NCBI GenBank assembly: GCA_964349765.1
Contig: CAYGGZ010000005.1
Span: 15,918-79,917 of the forward strand
Direction: 5' to 3'
Length of the DNA stretch: 64,000 bases
Source: an uncultured Bacteroidales bacterium
Lineage (GTDB): Bacteria; Bacteroidota; Bacteroidia; Bacteroidales; JAAYJT01
This document shows, one piece after another, positions 19,989 to 30,600 of the stretch. The translations under genes and the position numbers were made by a program. Every line of letters begins with the position of its first letter. Within the stretch, counting starts at the first letter, position 1. The notes beneath the pieces were generated by a model. It ran no database searches. It was not told where the DNA came from and saw only the letters and a program-made list of their open reading frames with translations.

Positions 19989-20879
19989 ATGATGATGAAT
20001 ATTTCCAGCTTTTCACTCCTGCTACTGGCCGTATTACACACCGGGCAGTTTGTTTTTGCTGATAAACCGGCCTACAGGCTTTTCGATGAAAAAGGCAAGG
20101 AGGTTAAATACGCTGATATGCTTCAGAAGGCAGCTACAGCCGATGTAGTTTTGTTTGGCGAAATGCACAACAACCCAATCTGTCATTGGCTCCAGTATGA
20201 GCTGATGCGCGATATTTTTGAATCCCGGCAGCAATATCTTGCTGCAGGCGCCGAAATGTTTGAGACCGACAATCAACTGTTGCTTGATGAATATCTTAGC
20301 GGGTTGATTCGTCAGCGCAACTTTGAAGCGGAAGCCAAGCTTTGGCCGAACTACGAAACTGATTATAAACCGTTGATAGAGTTCGCTAAGGAAAATGCAA
20401 TTCCGTTCATCGCAACCAATGTGCCGAGAAGATATGCCGCTATGGTAAATGCCGGAGGATTTGAGGCACTTGATGCACTACAACCCGAGGCGTTGAGGTA
20501 TATTGCCCCACTACCGATAGCGTTTGATCCGGAACTTTCTCAATATCGCAAAATGCTTGAGATGATGAAGGGCGGAATGTTGGGAACTCATGGTGGTATC
20601 AACACTGTTAAGGCTCAGGCGCTCAAAGATGCGACTATGGCCTACTTTATACTCAAAAACTTAACAGAGGGAAAAACATTTCTTCATTTCAACGGCACTT
20701 TTCATAGCGATCGCTTTGAAGGAATTATGTGGTATTTGCTGCAAGCCCGCCCAGAGTTGCAAGTCGTAACAATCAGCAGTGTTGAGAGCGAAAACGAAGA
20801 TCTTAAACTCACTGATGATCAAATCGGTAACGCTCATTTTATATTGTCTATACCGGCAACCATGACAAAGACTCACTGA
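19989..20879 (+). CDS. ChaN family (haem-binding uptake, Tiki superfamily) lipoprotein
   Basis: Signal peptide; VVLFGEMHNNPICHW and IATNVPRRY match the ChaN/PF04187 pattern. Confidence 0.7.
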   Translation: MMMNISSFSLLLLAVLHTGQFVFADKPAYRLFDEKGKEVKYADMLQKAATADVVLFGEMHNNPICHWLQYELMRDIFESRQQYLAAGAEMFETDNQLLLDEYLSGLIRQRNFEAEAKLWPNYETDYKPLIEFAKENAIPFIATNVPRRYAAMVNAGGFEALDALQPEALRYIAPLPIAFDPELSQYRKMLEMMKGGMLGTHGGINTVKAQALKDATMAYFILKNLTEGKTFLHFNGTFHSDRFEGIMWYLLQARPELQVVTISSVESENEDLKLTDDQIGNAHFILSIPATMTKTH

Positions 20880-20920
20880 TTCAGACCCATTTTGGGTGAT
20901 GTTACAATAGATCCGATAAA

Positions 20921-21010
20921 CCCGAATTAATCAATAGAAAGTCTGTTAGGGCTGAACTATTGATTCCATTAGGGTAACACCGATTATGCATTGTTAAACG
21001 CTTAATCGGG
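20921..21010 (-). repeat. intergenic hairpin repeat family, copy 3 (hairpins A+B, inverted orientation)
   Basis: The reverse complement reads cccgattaagcgtttaacaatgcataatcggtgttaccctaatggaatcaatagttcagccctaacagactttctattgattaattcgggtt. Lies between convergent genes. Confidence 0.85.
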
Positions 21011-21012
21011 AC

Positions 21013-22767
21013 TTATAATTGAACAAGCACTATTTCTGCTTTTCCATCCCGCAGCAGTTCAACAACCGCGGTTTCACCCGCAGCGAGTGTATTAAGCCTT
21101 GCCATGTATTCGTAAATGTTCCCAACGGGCAAACCGTTCAAGGCAGTTATCAAATCTCCCTTACGGATCCCCGCACGTCCTGCTGGTCCGTCGGGTCTTA
21201 CGCCATCAACCCTTAACCCATTTTGCGACGACGTTATATCGGGGATAATCCCGAGCGTAACCTTAAAGCTCCTGCCGTACATTCGTCGCGGTGGCGCACC
21301 GCTTTCGGCAAAGGTAAGCGAGGTTGTTAGAGCCGACATTTGTTGTATCACGCCTAACACAAGATCAAGTACCATGGCTTGTCCTTGTGAATTTGTTTTA
21401 TCTGGCGTATCAAACGGAGTATGATAATCCACATGAGCGCCGGTTGTGAAAAATAGTACGGGAAAAGATGCGGCATAAAATGCGGCATGGTCGGAAGGCC
21501 CATATCCGTCGGGGTGGCGTTGCAACTGCAAAGGCGAATACTGAGCTGCTGCCGTTATGAGCGAATCGAGTTCAATTGCAGTACCGGTTCCGCCAATCGA
21601 AAGCGACTTGCAATCGCTCAACCGCCCGATCATATCGAGATTGATCATAAGTTGGATGTCGCTTTTTGGCACCGGCAGGTTCTGAACAAAGTATCTTGAG
21701 CCAACCAATCCCATTTCTTCGGCTCCAAAGGCAATAAAAATGAGATCGAAAGGAATTGGAAACCCGGCTGTAGTCAGTTTTTTGGCAAGCTCAATCAAGC
21801 CTGCCACACCAGAGGCATTATCATCTGCGCCTGGATGCACGGCAATTGTGTCGGGCATGCGGGAACCCGAGCCTACACCTCCCTTCCCGAGATGATCATA
21901 GTGTGCTCCGATTACAACAGCGGGTTTGTTTGAATAGCCATGCAATATTCCGGCTACATTGAAGGTGGATTCAATTCTTGTTTTTAGCACTGTTTGGGCT
22001 GCAACCTGTACCGGAATAGGGAACCCGACAGGCTTGCCATTAGTGAGCATTGTTTCTTCCAATCCGGCAATAGTATATCCGGTGTTGGTAAGCAGTTTGT
22101 CGGCAAAATATCGTGTGATGTTAATCACAGGAATTGATGCTGTGGAGGGCGATTTATCGTAAAATGCCGGCATGAGCCGGTCGTTACGATCGGTTGCAAT
22201 ACCCTTAACCACAATCAATCCGATTGCACCTTGGTCTGAAGCGGTTATAGCTTTGATTCTGTCGCCGGCATGGGGAATCAGGTCGCTATCGCGTTTATCA
22301 GGTTCGGGATCGCCAGCAAGAACCATTACCCACTTACCTGTTACATCTGTGTGTTCATAATCATCCCACCTTCCTGGAACAGAAATTCCGTATCCGGAAA
22401 AATGTACGCTGCCCGAAGAATATCCGCTAGCCGAGAAGGATAGAGGAACAAAATCGCGGTTCAGAACCGCAGTGTCGGTGCAGGAGTAGAATTTATTCCC
22501 ATCCTGCAATTCTACACCGGTTGCAACCGAAAATGGTTGAAACCCATTGTCAAACATTAGTTCCAGGCCTGCTTTCGAAAAACTGCGGACGATAAAGTCT
22601 GCTGCAAGGGAATCGCCGTGTGATCCGGGATAACGCCCCGCCATTTTTGCGGATGTCAGAAAATTGATGTGCTCCTGAATTCTACCTGCTTCAAAGCGAG
22701 TTAACGATTGGGCATAAACAAGCTGAGGCAACAACAATATCAAGGAAAGAGTCAGAGATATGATCAT
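21013..22767 (-). CDS. M28 family aminopeptidase with C-terminal PDZ domain
   Basis: GADDNASGVAGLIELAK and FGAEEMGLVGS zinc-ligand motifs; C-terminal GIRKGDLITALNGLPV (PDZ). Confidence 0.85.
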   Translation of the reverse strand: MIISLTLSLILLLPQLVYAQSLTRFEAGRIQEHINFLTSAKMAGRYPGSHGDSLAADFIVRSFSKAGLELMFDNGFQPFSVATGVELQDGNKFYSCTDTAVLNRDFVPLSFSASGYSSGSVHFSGYGISVPGRWDDYEHTDVTGKWVMVLAGDPEPDKRDSDLIPHAGDRIKAITASDQGAIGLIVVKGIATDRNDRLMPAFYDKSPSTASIPVINITRYFADKLLTNTGYTIAGLEETMLTNGKPVGFPIPVQVAAQTVLKTRIESTFNVAGILHGYSNKPAVVIGAHYDHLGKGGVGSGSRMPDTIAVHPGADDNASGVAGLIELAKKLTTAGFPIPFDLIFIAFGAEEMGLVGSRYFVQNLPVPKSDIQLMINLDMIGRLSDCKSLSIGGTGTAIELDSLITAAAQYSPLQLQRHPDGYGPSDHAAFYAASFPVLFFTTGAHVDYHTPFDTPDKTNSQGQAMVLDLVLGVIQQMSALTTSLTFAESGAPPRRMYGRSFKVTLGIIPDITSSQNGLRVDGVRPDGPAGRAGIRKGDLITALNGLPVGNIYEYMARLNTLAAGETAVVELLRDGKAEIVLVQL

Positions 22768-22770
22768 AAT

Positions 22771-23283
22771 TTACGGTAAGAAAAATTCTTTCTTTAGCTG
22801 TTCGCACCATGTTGCAACTCTTTGTTTGGTTAATTCCGGCTGGCTATCATCATCTATTGCCAAACCAACAAATTTCCCATCTTTTTCGGCAGCGCTGTAG
22901 TAGTAATTATAGCCATCAACAGGCCAAAACCCAACTACATTTTCTTTGTCAGGTATCCTGCAGAAGATTGTTCCCATGCCGTCAACAAAACTCTCGGGAT
23001 ATTTTTTCTGATCGCCAAGGCCAAAAACAGCAATTTTCTTTCCGCTGAAATCAATATCGGTAAAATGTGTAATGAACATCTCCCAATCGCGGTGCATATC
23101 GCCGATGCCCCATGCTGAGGTTCCAAAAATCAGATAATCATAACGTGAAATGTCATCGGGCTTGATTCCTGCAATTGAATGTATATCAACTTGTGCGGGT
23201 GCAAACGCCGCTTGTATCAAACCGGCAACCCGTGCACTGTTACCATCCGGAGTACCTCCGTAAAATAGACCAATCTTTTTCAT
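22771..23283 (-). CDS. fldA: long-chain flavodoxin
   Basis: From the internal Met: MKKIGLFYGGTPDGNSARVA; then GTSAWGIGD and FGLGDQKKYPESFVDGMG. Confidence 0.85.
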   Translation of the reverse strand: MKKIGLFYGGTPDGNSARVAGLIQAAFAPAQVDIHSIAGIKPDDISRYDYLIFGTSAWGIGDMHRDWEMFITHFTDIDFSGKKIAVFGLGDQKKYPESFVDGMGTIFCRIPDKENVVGFWPVDGYNYYYSAAEKDGKFVGLAIDDDSQPELTKQRVATWCEQLKKEFFLP

Positions 23284-23596
23284 TATTAACATTTTGTTTA
23301 GATACCTCAACAAAATCTGTTGTTCAATGTTCAAATTAATGATCCCATCCCTGACCCTGTGTGTGCAAATATAGTTTTATTGACTAAAATCCACCAAATT
23401 ATTGTAACATCGTAGGACAATTAAGCGTCTTATGCAGCAAAAGACTTAAATTTTGTCAGTATTGATCGGGAATCACGAATTTTGTAAGTAATTTTATAAG
23501 AAATTTTAAACAGAAAACTTAGCTTAGGTTTACGAAACAGCAACCCGGTGAAAATGTTGCATTTGATAATAAACCTATTACAAAACGACTTTAAAA

Positions 23597-24205
23597 ATGA
23601 AAACCTATCAGACTTCAGTTTTCCGAATATTGGTAATCACATTTTTAGTGGTTTTACTCCCACTGATTACCACGTCCGGAATTCCAACGCTTATGCAGGA
23701 GACTGACGCTAACGACATTCCTTTCGATACACGCCAGGTTGTTGCTGATTACCGTGTGGAAAAAGTTATGGTTTTGATCCCTTGCGAACGCGAAACCGAT
23801 GCTAACGACATTCCTTTCGACACACAGATAGTGTTGCTGCATACTTGCTCAAAAATAATTCAGCTTCCACACCCATGGTCGCTCGAAAAAGCTTTTATGA
23901 CAATTGCTTCAAAACCCACAAGGCAAAAGGCTGGGGTTGGGTTCCCTGTTATCCTGTTGAACGCATTTCGTTTGCAACCAGAACCGGAGGTAAATGATAT
24001 TCCATTCGATACCAGAATTATTTTTGAGAGCGTTATGTCGAATCGGAAACTCGCAGGCAAAAGCGCCATAGAGGAGCAGAGAGGCCAGGAGCCGGGTCTA
24101 TTATTTGATTTTCTGAGCGGAGGCGGTGCTTTACTATTAGTTATTTTAATCTTAGGAATGGTAGCGTATTTGGTCTATTTATCAAAGACCTCCAGATCGG
24201 GCTAA
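23597..24205 (+). CDS. hypothetical secreted/membrane-anchored protein with three NDIPFDT repeats
   Basis: N-terminal signal/TM and C-terminal TM (GGALLLVILILGMVAYLVYL). Repeats: QETDANDIPFDTRQVV, RETDANDIPFDTQIVL, PEPEVNDIPFDTRIIF. Confidence 0.55.
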   Translation: MKTYQTSVFRILVITFLVVLLPLITTSGIPTLMQETDANDIPFDTRQVVADYRVEKVMVLIPCERETDANDIPFDTQIVLLHTCSKIIQLPHPWSLEKAFMTIASKPTRQKAGVGFPVILLNAFRLQPEPEVNDIPFDTRIIFESVMSNRKLAGKSAIEEQRGQEPGLLFDFLSGGGALLLVILILGMVAYLVYLSKTSRSG

Positions 24206-24233
24206 AAGTGTATTTTTGCTTCTATAAAGCCAG

Positions 24234-25103
24234 ATGCGGGAATATATAACTCAAGAGATGATAATAGCCCGAACAATTCGTGAAGTTGCACTTTTTACTT
24301 CCAACATTCGTAAGCAAGGAATGACAATAGGATTTGTGCCTACTATGGGCGCTTTGCATAAGGGGCATATTGTATTGGTTGAGCAATCACGCCGAGAAAA
24401 CGATTTTACGGTATGCAGCATTTTTGTAAACCCAATCCAGTTCAATAACTCCGACGACCTTTCAAAATATCCGCGTACCGAAGAGGCTGATCTTGAGCTT
24501 CTCTTGCGAACACAATGCGATCTGGTCTTCATACCTACTGTATCGGAAATGTATCCCGTACCTGTTGTTGAAGTATTCGACTTTGGAAATCTGGATAAGG
24601 TTATGGAGGGTGCTTTCAGACCTGGCCATTTTAATGGCGTGGCAGTGGTTGTTAAAAAGTTGCTGGAGATTGTTGCACCACACAGAGCTTATTTTGGAGA
24701 AAAAGATTTTCAACAGCTTACAATCATTAAAACATTAGTCCGAATGCTTAAGCTTCCGGTTAGGATCGTAGGCTGCCCAACTGTAAGAGAATCTACCGGA
24801 CTGGCAATGAGTTCGCGCAACGTACGGCTTGATGATAAAAACCGTATGAACGCGGCTATAATAAACAAAACACTTTTAGCTGCTACCGAAAAGGTTTCTG
24901 ATCTAACGCCTCAGGAACTTACAGAGTGGGTTGTAACGCAACTCAATAAATGCGAAGGGATGGAGGTTGAATATTTTTGCCTTGTTGATTCCGATACTCT
25001 CCAGGAAGTTGCGGAGTGGGTTCCGGGTAGGGAGGTAAGAGGTTGTGTTGCAGTATATTTGGGAGGTGTACGCCTGATAGACAACATGTTATTTTTTTAT
25101 TAA
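24234..25103 (+). CDS. panC: pantoate--beta-alanine ligase
   Basis: GFVPTMGALHKGHIVLV and SIFVNPIQF motifs. Confidence 0.95.
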   Translation: MREYITQEMIIARTIREVALFTSNIRKQGMTIGFVPTMGALHKGHIVLVEQSRRENDFTVCSIFVNPIQFNNSDDLSKYPRTEEADLELLLRTQCDLVFIPTVSEMYPVPVVEVFDFGNLDKVMEGAFRPGHFNGVAVVVKKLLEIVAPHRAYFGEKDFQQLTIIKTLVRMLKLPVRIVGCPTVRESTGLAMSSRNVRLDDKNRMNAAIINKTLLAATEKVSDLTPQELTEWVVTQLNKCEGMEVEYFCLVDSDTLQEVAEWVPGREVRGCVAVYLGGVRLIDNMLFFY

Positions 25104-25112
25104 TTTTGCCGC

Positions 25113-25463
25113 ATGATACAGATCGAAATACTTAAGTCGAAAATCCATCGAGCAACGGTTACAGATGCCAATCTCAACTACATAGGCAGTATTACCATTG
25201 ATGGGGACCTTATTGATGCAGCAAATCTCATTGAGTTTGAAAAGGTACAGGTGCTTAATATTAACAACGGCGAACGGTTTGAAACGTATGTAATCAGAGG
25301 CAAACACGGCTCAGGCGAAGTGGTGCTCAACGGCGCTGCTGCGCGCATGGTGCAACCTGGCGATCTTCTGATCATCTGTGCATTTGCCATGATGCCTGTT
25401 GACGAGGCAAAGAACTTCAAACCCGTAATCATCTTTCCAAACTCGCAGAATAAACTTTCCTGA
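25113..25463 (+). CDS. panD: aspartate 1-decarboxylase
   Basis: [30 protein letters not shown], including the Gly-Ser self-cleavage site. Confidence 0.95.
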   Translation: MIQIEILKSKIHRATVTDANLNYIGSITIDGDLIDAANLIEFEKVQVLNINNGERFETYVIRGKHGSGEVVLNGAAARMVQPGDLLIICAFAMMPVDEAKNFKPVIIFPNSQNKLS

Positions 25464-25467
25464 AGTC

Positions 25468-26517
25468 TTGAAAAATCTTCTATTACAGGTTTTGAAGTAT
25501 GCCATTTTTCTTTTCGTAGGCTTGCTACTACTTTGGCTGGCATTCAGGTCAATTGATCTTAACCTGTTGTTTGATGAGATGCGCCACGCACGCTTCATTT
25601 ACCCCTTGATGGTAATGATTCCAGGTATAATTGCTCATGGTATCCGGGCCGCGCGATGGAATATAATGATCAGAGCTTTAGGTTACAAAACCAACTTTTT
25701 TTCCACGTTTCATGCAGTGATGATGGGATACTTTGCCAACCTCGCAGTTCCCAGATTAGGAGAGGTTACGCGGTGTACAGTACTGGCCAAACGACAGAAT
25801 GTACCGCTAAATAGTTTGTTGGGAACCGTTATCGCCGAACGGGCCTTTGATACCCTGACACTGATTGTGATTGCTTTTGGAGTAATTATTGTTCAGTTTA
25901 GTTTATTGCGTAGTTTTCTCGACCAGATGATTTGGTCGCCACTTATGGGATATCTACCAGCCTCAACCGGAGCTATCATTCTCGGCATAGGACTTACGGT
26001 TTTATCGCTGGCGCTTTTCGTACTCCTTTTGAAGTTGAGTATGCCTTATATCAGGAAAATCTCCTTTTATTCCAAAATGAAAGAGCTTATTCTGGGTTTA
26101 ATCGATGGGTTGAAAATTCTTTGGCAACTCAAACAAAAAGCAACTTTTCTTGGGCAAACTCTTCTGATGTGGTTCATGTATTTTTTGATGACCTATATAC
26201 CTTTCTACGCTCTGGATGGCACTTCGCATCTCACTTTACTCGATGGCACTACACTATTGATGATGGGAAGTTTTGCAATGGTAATGCCTGTCCCGGCTGG
26301 GATCGGGGCTTACCATTGGATAGTTACCAAAACGCTCACCGACGTCTATTCGGTTGCTCCTGAATCGGCTGCATCTTATGCATTGATGACGCATGCTGCA
26401 CAGATGTTTTTTGTTGCTGCTGTCGGCCTGGTATCTTTGTCCATTTTAGTACTCAGAAAAAACATTCCCTTAAATGAGAAGGTTATTAAAACCAGAAAAA
26501 AAAATCCTGACGCCTGA
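25468..26517 (+). CDS. flippase-like (lysylphosphatidylglycerol synthase TM region) membrane protein
   Basis: 349 aa, about 8 TM segments. R.ARW..M and PRLGEVTRC motifs are typical of the UPF0104/PF03706 family. Confidence 0.65.
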   Translation: MKNLLLQVLKYAIFLFVGLLLLWLAFRSIDLNLLFDEMRHARFIYPLMVMIPGIIAHGIRAARWNIMIRALGYKTNFFSTFHAVMMGYFANLAVPRLGEVTRCTVLAKRQNVPLNSLLGTVIAERAFDTLTLIVIAFGVIIVQFSLLRSFLDQMIWSPLMGYLPASTGAIILGIGLTVLSLALFVLLLKLSMPYIRKISFYSKMKELILGLIDGLKILWQLKQKATFLGQTLLMWFMYFLMTYIPFYALDGTSHLTLLDGTTLLMMGSFAMVMPVPAGIGAYHWIVTKTLTDVYSVAPESAASYALMTHAAQMFFVAAVGLVSLSILVLRKNIPLNEKVIKTRKKNPDA

Positions 26518-26977
26518 TGAACTAAACAGGCGCCTTGCAGGTTGGAGGTTCAAGCAGCAGAAGGTTGTATTCACCAATGGCTGTTTTGATTTGCTCCATG
26601 CCGGGCATGTTGAATATCTCAGGCAGGCAGCACAGGAAGGAGATGTTTTAATAGTCGGTTTGAATTCCGATGCTTCTGTTTCCAGACTGAAGGGAGAAGG
26701 CCGCCCTCTGCAATCTCAACAAGCCAGGGCGCTTACCCTCGCAGCATTGTCGTTCGTTGATGCGGTTGTAATTTTCGACGAAGATACCCCCTACGACCTC
26801 ATTAAAACCGTGCAACCCTACGCCCTTGTGAAAGGTTCGGATTACAGGATCGAAGACATTGTAGGACACGATTTGGTTCTGGCGCGTGGAGGAGTTGTTT
26901 TTACAATACCTCTGGTAATGGGCTTTTCTACAACAGCTCTTATCAACAAAATATGCAAGCTAAACCGTAATGGCTAA
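26474..26977 (+). CDS. D-glycero-beta-D-manno-heptose 1-phosphate adenylyltransferase (RfaE domain II-like cytidylyltransferase)
   Basis: VVFTNGCFDLLHAGHVEYL nucleotidyltransferase motif; 167 aa. Confidence 0.8.
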   Translation: MRRLLKPEKKILTPDELNRRLAGWRFKQQKVVFTNGCFDLLHAGHVEYLRQAAQEGDVLIVGLNSDASVSRLKGEGRPLQSQQARALTLAALSFVDAVVIFDEDTPYDLIKTVQPYALVKGSDYRIEDIVGHDLVLARGGVVFTIPLVMGFSTTALINKICKLNRNG

Positions 26978-28367
26978 AACCCGGACAGCTTTTTTTTGCC
27001 AGCAGTGTGGCGCACAATCACCAAAATGGTTAGGACGTTGTCAATCGTGTGGAGAGTGGAACAGTTTTGTTGAAGAGGTGATTCAACGCGATAATGCCGA
27101 CGAAAGCTGGAAAAAAAACTTTATATCACGTACAGAATCCGCTCCTGTACCTGTTACAGAGATAGCTGTCAGTAATCAGCATCGTATCGACACCGGCGAT
27201 GCTGAACTTAATCGCGCTCTGGGCGGAGGGATTATGCCTGGCTCGATGATTCTGGTGGGTGGAGAGCCTGGAATTGGAAAGTCAACATTGCTACTGCAAG
27301 CTGCCCTTACAATGAAAGCGTGCATACTATACGTATCAGGCGAAGAAAGTTGCGAACAGATAAGCCTCAGGGCAAAGCGAATAGGTATCGAAAATAAGGA
27401 TTGTTATATCCTAAACGAAACAATAGTGCAGCAACTTGGGCATCATCTGGCAGAACTAAAACCATTGGTGGTTGTTATCGACTCAATCCAAACTATCACC
27501 TCCGATGCTATTGATGCTTCGGCTGGGAGCGTTTCGCAGGTTCGTGAAAGTGCTGCATGGCTACAGAAATATTCAAAACAAACAAACGTTCCGGTTTTTC
27601 TTATCGGTCATATCACCAAAGAGGGCTTGCTGGCGGGTCCAAAGGTACTCGAACATATGGTTGATACTGTTTTGCAGTTTGAAGGCGACCGCCATTACGG
27701 CTATCGTGTATTGCGAACCATGAAAAACCGTTTCGGCTCTACTTCTGAGTTAGGAATTTACGAGATGACCGGAGCCGGACTGCGGCAGGTAAGCAATCCA
27801 TCGGAAGTGCTGCTCTCGCACCGCGACGATGCAGTAAGTGGCATTGCTATTGCTTCCACCATCGAAGGAATGCGACCACTATTAGTTGAAGTACAGGCAC
27901 TTGTGAGCAGCGCTGTTTACGGAACACCACAACGAACTACCACCGGATTTGATCCAAGGCGCCTCAACATGCTTTTAGCAGTTGTAGAAAAACGACTTGG
28001 ATACAGGCTTGGAAACAAGGATGTGTTCCTCAATATTGCCGGAGGCCTTCGTGTTGACGACCCAGCCATTGACCTGGCAGTAGTTGCAGCAATTCTGTCC
28101 TCGCTCGAAGACAATCCGCTTGAACCTAAGAGCTGTTTTACCGGCGAAGTTGGCCTATCGGGCGAGATTCGCACCGTGAACCGCCTCGAACAACGAATGG
28201 CAGAGGCTGCGAAGCTTGGGTTCACGACAATGTATGTTTCAAAATACAATCTTAAAGACAAAGGAAAAGATAAAGAAGGTATGAATATTTTAGCTCTCGG
28301 AAAAGTAAACGATCTTTGTCAAGTCCTTTTCGGAAAATTTAACAGAAGAAATGATGAAAACTATTAA
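26970..28367 (+). CDS. radA: DNA repair protein RadA/Sms
   Basis: Zinc finger CQQCG..CQSCGEWNSF, Walker A GGEPGIGKSTLLLQ, KNRFG motif and a Lon-like C-terminus. Confidence 0.95.
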   Translation: MAKTRTAFFCQQCGAQSPKWLGRCQSCGEWNSFVEEVIQRDNADESWKKNFISRTESAPVPVTEIAVSNQHRIDTGDAELNRALGGGIMPGSMILVGGEPGIGKSTLLLQAALTMKACILYVSGEESCEQISLRAKRIGIENKDCYILNETIVQQLGHHLAELKPLVVVIDSIQTITSDAIDASAGSVSQVRESAAWLQKYSKQTNVPVFLIGHITKEGLLAGPKVLEHMVDTVLQFEGDRHYGYRVLRTMKNRFGSTSELGIYEMTGAGLRQVSNPSEVLLSHRDDAVSGIAIASTIEGMRPLLVEVQALVSSAVYGTPQRTTTGFDPRRLNMLLAVVEKRLGYRLGNKDVFLNIAGGLRVDDPAIDLAVVAAILSSLEDNPLEPKSCFTGEVGLSGEIRTVNRLEQRMAEAAKLGFTTMYVSKYNLKDKGKDKEGMNILALGKVNDLCQVLFGKFNRRNDENY

Positions 28368-29637
28368 GATAGCACTGCTGGCTGCTTTCCTGTTCATAGT
28401 AATTGGATCAGCACAGGCACTTGATACAATACGGATAATGCATTACAACCTGCTCCTATATGGAATTAATTTGTTTGGATGCACCAATGCAAACAATAAC
28501 GTAGCAGATAAAAATGAATATTTGCGCACGATTCTTTCGTACGATATGCCGGATATTTTTACTGTGAACGAACTTTCACGCACAACATCATTTCATGACC
28601 AGATTCTGAACGAGGTTTTTGCACACATATCACCCTACACTTATGCAAGAGCCGCCAACAATCCTATCAGCAATTCCTCCATGGTTAATCAGGTGTTTTT
28701 CAATACAAATAAATTTGCTCTCAGATCACAGCGTGTACTTCAGTGGGCTACTCGTGATATTGATTTGTACACACTTTATTACCTTTCGCCCGATCTTGAA
28801 CATGGCGATACGGTATTTGTGCATCTTATCGTCGCTCACCTGAAAGCTGGCAGCTCAGCCTCTGATGTTGAAGCAAGAGGTACAATGGTTAAAAATGCAC
28901 TCGACCAGCTAAGCTCGCTATATCCTCCAGGAAATTACCTGTTTGTTGGCGATTTGAACCTATATAGGTCATCGGAGATTGCAATGCAGCATCTGTTGAA
29001 TTATCCTAAACAGGCTTATCGTTTTTTTGATCCTGTTAACCAACATGGCGAATGGACGTCGAATCCTGCGTTCGCAAACTTTCACACACAATCTACTCAA
29101 ACACAATCAGATTGCCATGTTGGCGGAGGGCTTGACGACCGTTTTGACTTTCTTCTTATTTCCCGTTCCATTCTCGAAGGCAGCGAGAAAGTACAATTTA
29201 TAGAAGATTCATACCGAACACTCGGTCAGGATGGTTTACGCTTTAATAGCCCCCTGCTAGGCCTGCCAGCCAATTTTTCAGCTCCCGAATCGGTTCTTGA
29301 ATCTTTGGCTGCCAATTCCGATCATTTGCCTGTGTTGCTCAGTGTTGTTATTGATCAAACTCCTGCTGCTACACGCAACCTCTTCAGCCCGGGAGCCCTT
29401 CTGACTACAAATAACCCCGTTACCGACAATCTGATTATTTATCACCGCAGCCTGCCGATGGGTACTCCATTCGAACTAACTATTTACTCGATAACCGGTA
29501 CAGCCTATTCCACCGTTAGCGACACACTGTACTCGAATCCTGTAGAAATTGATTTAAGCCATCTGGCGAGTGGGTTTTATCTGGTAAAGATAAGGCTGCT
29601 AAATACTACGGGCGTATTCAAGATAATCAAGCTATAA
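28351..29637 (+). CDS. endonuclease/exonuclease/phosphatase family protein with T9SS-type C-terminal sorting domain
   Basis: Signal peptide; EEP catalytic end NSDHLPV; C-terminal ~80 aa ending GFYLVKIRLLNTTGVFKIIKL is typical of Por/T9SS CTDs. Confidence 0.7.
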   Translation: MMKTIKIALLAAFLFIVIGSAQALDTIRIMHYNLLLYGINLFGCTNANNNVADKNEYLRTILSYDMPDIFTVNELSRTTSFHDQILNEVFAHISPYTYARAANNPISNSSMVNQVFFNTNKFALRSQRVLQWATRDIDLYTLYYLSPDLEHGDTVFVHLIVAHLKAGSSASDVEARGTMVKNALDQLSSLYPPGNYLFVGDLNLYRSSEIAMQHLLNYPKQAYRFFDPVNQHGEWTSNPAFANFHTQSTQTQSDCHVGGGLDDRFDFLLISRSILEGSEKVQFIEDSYRTLGQDGLRFNSPLLGLPANFSAPESVLESLAANSDHLPVLLSVVIDQTPAATRNLFSPGALLTTNNPVTDNLIIYHRSLPMGTPFELTIYSITGTAYSTVSDTLYSNPVEIDLSHLASGFYLVKIRLLNTTGVFKIIKL

Positions 29638-29646
29638 AAACAGAAT

Positions 29647-29949
29647 TTACGGGTTTTCCGGCTCGCGTATAATCAGAAAAACATCTTCGGTATCGCGTTT
29701 CATCAAATAACGTTCACGGGCAAAACGGATCAAACCTGCTGTATCTGACAGTAATTCATGGAGAGAGATGCTATCGCTACGGATCTCATTCAAATAATAA
29801 TCCCTTCGCTCGAGTTCCTGTCTAAGGTCGTTCTTCAACTGACGGCGATGAATAAGATTATTTGTATCGAAAAATATTAACCAAACTGCAAACACGATGC
29901 TAGCAATCAGGTATTTGTTTTTCAATATTGGTATTATGCGAATGGCCAT
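29647..29949 (-). CDS. septum formation initiator (FtsB/DivIC-like) family protein
   Basis: 100 aa with a single N-terminal TM followed by a coiled-coil (RRQLKNDLRQELERRDYYLNEI). Confidence 0.6.
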   Translation of the reverse strand: MAIRIIPILKNKYLIASIVFAVWLIFFDTNNLIHRRQLKNDLRQELERRDYYLNEIRSDSISLHELLSDTAGLIRFARERYLMKRDTEDVFLIIREPENP

Positions 29950-30022
29950 ATCTTAACTACCGTTCTGCAAAAATAAATTCTACATGGTTAATTTCCACTG
30001 CGAGGCATATTTTTTTACGATG

Positions 30023-30586
30023 CTAAAGTCCAATATCGTCGGAGATTTCGGTCATTGCTTCCAGGGCTAGGGTCGCAAATTCATTAATATCAAGCCCAAG
30101 TTTCTCACATTCAAGGATATGTTCGCGATTTACTGATGCTGCAAACGCTTTTTCTTTCATCCGTTTAACAACAGATTTTGGCTTCACTGATGCTACTTTT
30201 TTATCGGGATACACAAGTGCAGTAGCGGCGATAAGTCCTGTTATAGTTTCACCCGCTGCAAGAGCATGTTGAAACATGGTTGTGCGGTCGCTTCCTGAAG
30301 CCATCTCATTGTGCATCAGTATTACGTCTAATATCTCGTTGTCAATTCCGTAGTTTCGGAGAATACGCACTGTTTCATGGCCATGCATTTCCGGTTTGCC
30401 TTCGGTGATTTCGGCATCAAGGTCGTGCAGCAGGCCGGCCAGACCCCACCGTTCTGCGTCTTGCGCAAGGCGTTTGGCCAATTTTCGCATTACCGCCTCA
30501 GAAGCAAGGCAGTGTGCCTGCATTTTTTCGTTTCGGATATGGAGCCGCATTAGTTCAATGGCATTTTCACGTGTAGGTTGTGTCAT
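30023..30586 (-). CDS. HD/HDIG domain phosphohydrolase
   Basis: H...GLLHDLD metal-binding motif; 187 aa. Last gene of the co-oriented Moco cluster. Confidence 0.7.
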   Translation of the reverse strand: MTQPTRENAIELMRLHIRNEKMQAHCLASEAVMRKLAKRLAQDAERWGLAGLLHDLDAEITEGKPEMHGHETVRILRNYGIDNEILDVILMHNEMASGSDRTTMFQHALAAGETITGLIAATALVYPDKKVASVKPKSVVKRMKEKAFAASVNREHILECEKLGLDINEFATLALEAMTEISDDIGL

Positions 30587-30600
30587 AGCTGATGTTCAGG

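Noticed and set aside
25932-26363. 143-aa ORF in an alternative frame within the flippase-like membrane gene
   Set aside because: It is a same-strand overlapping frame inside a gene whose own translation has coherent TM helices. Its composition is typical of an off-frame read.
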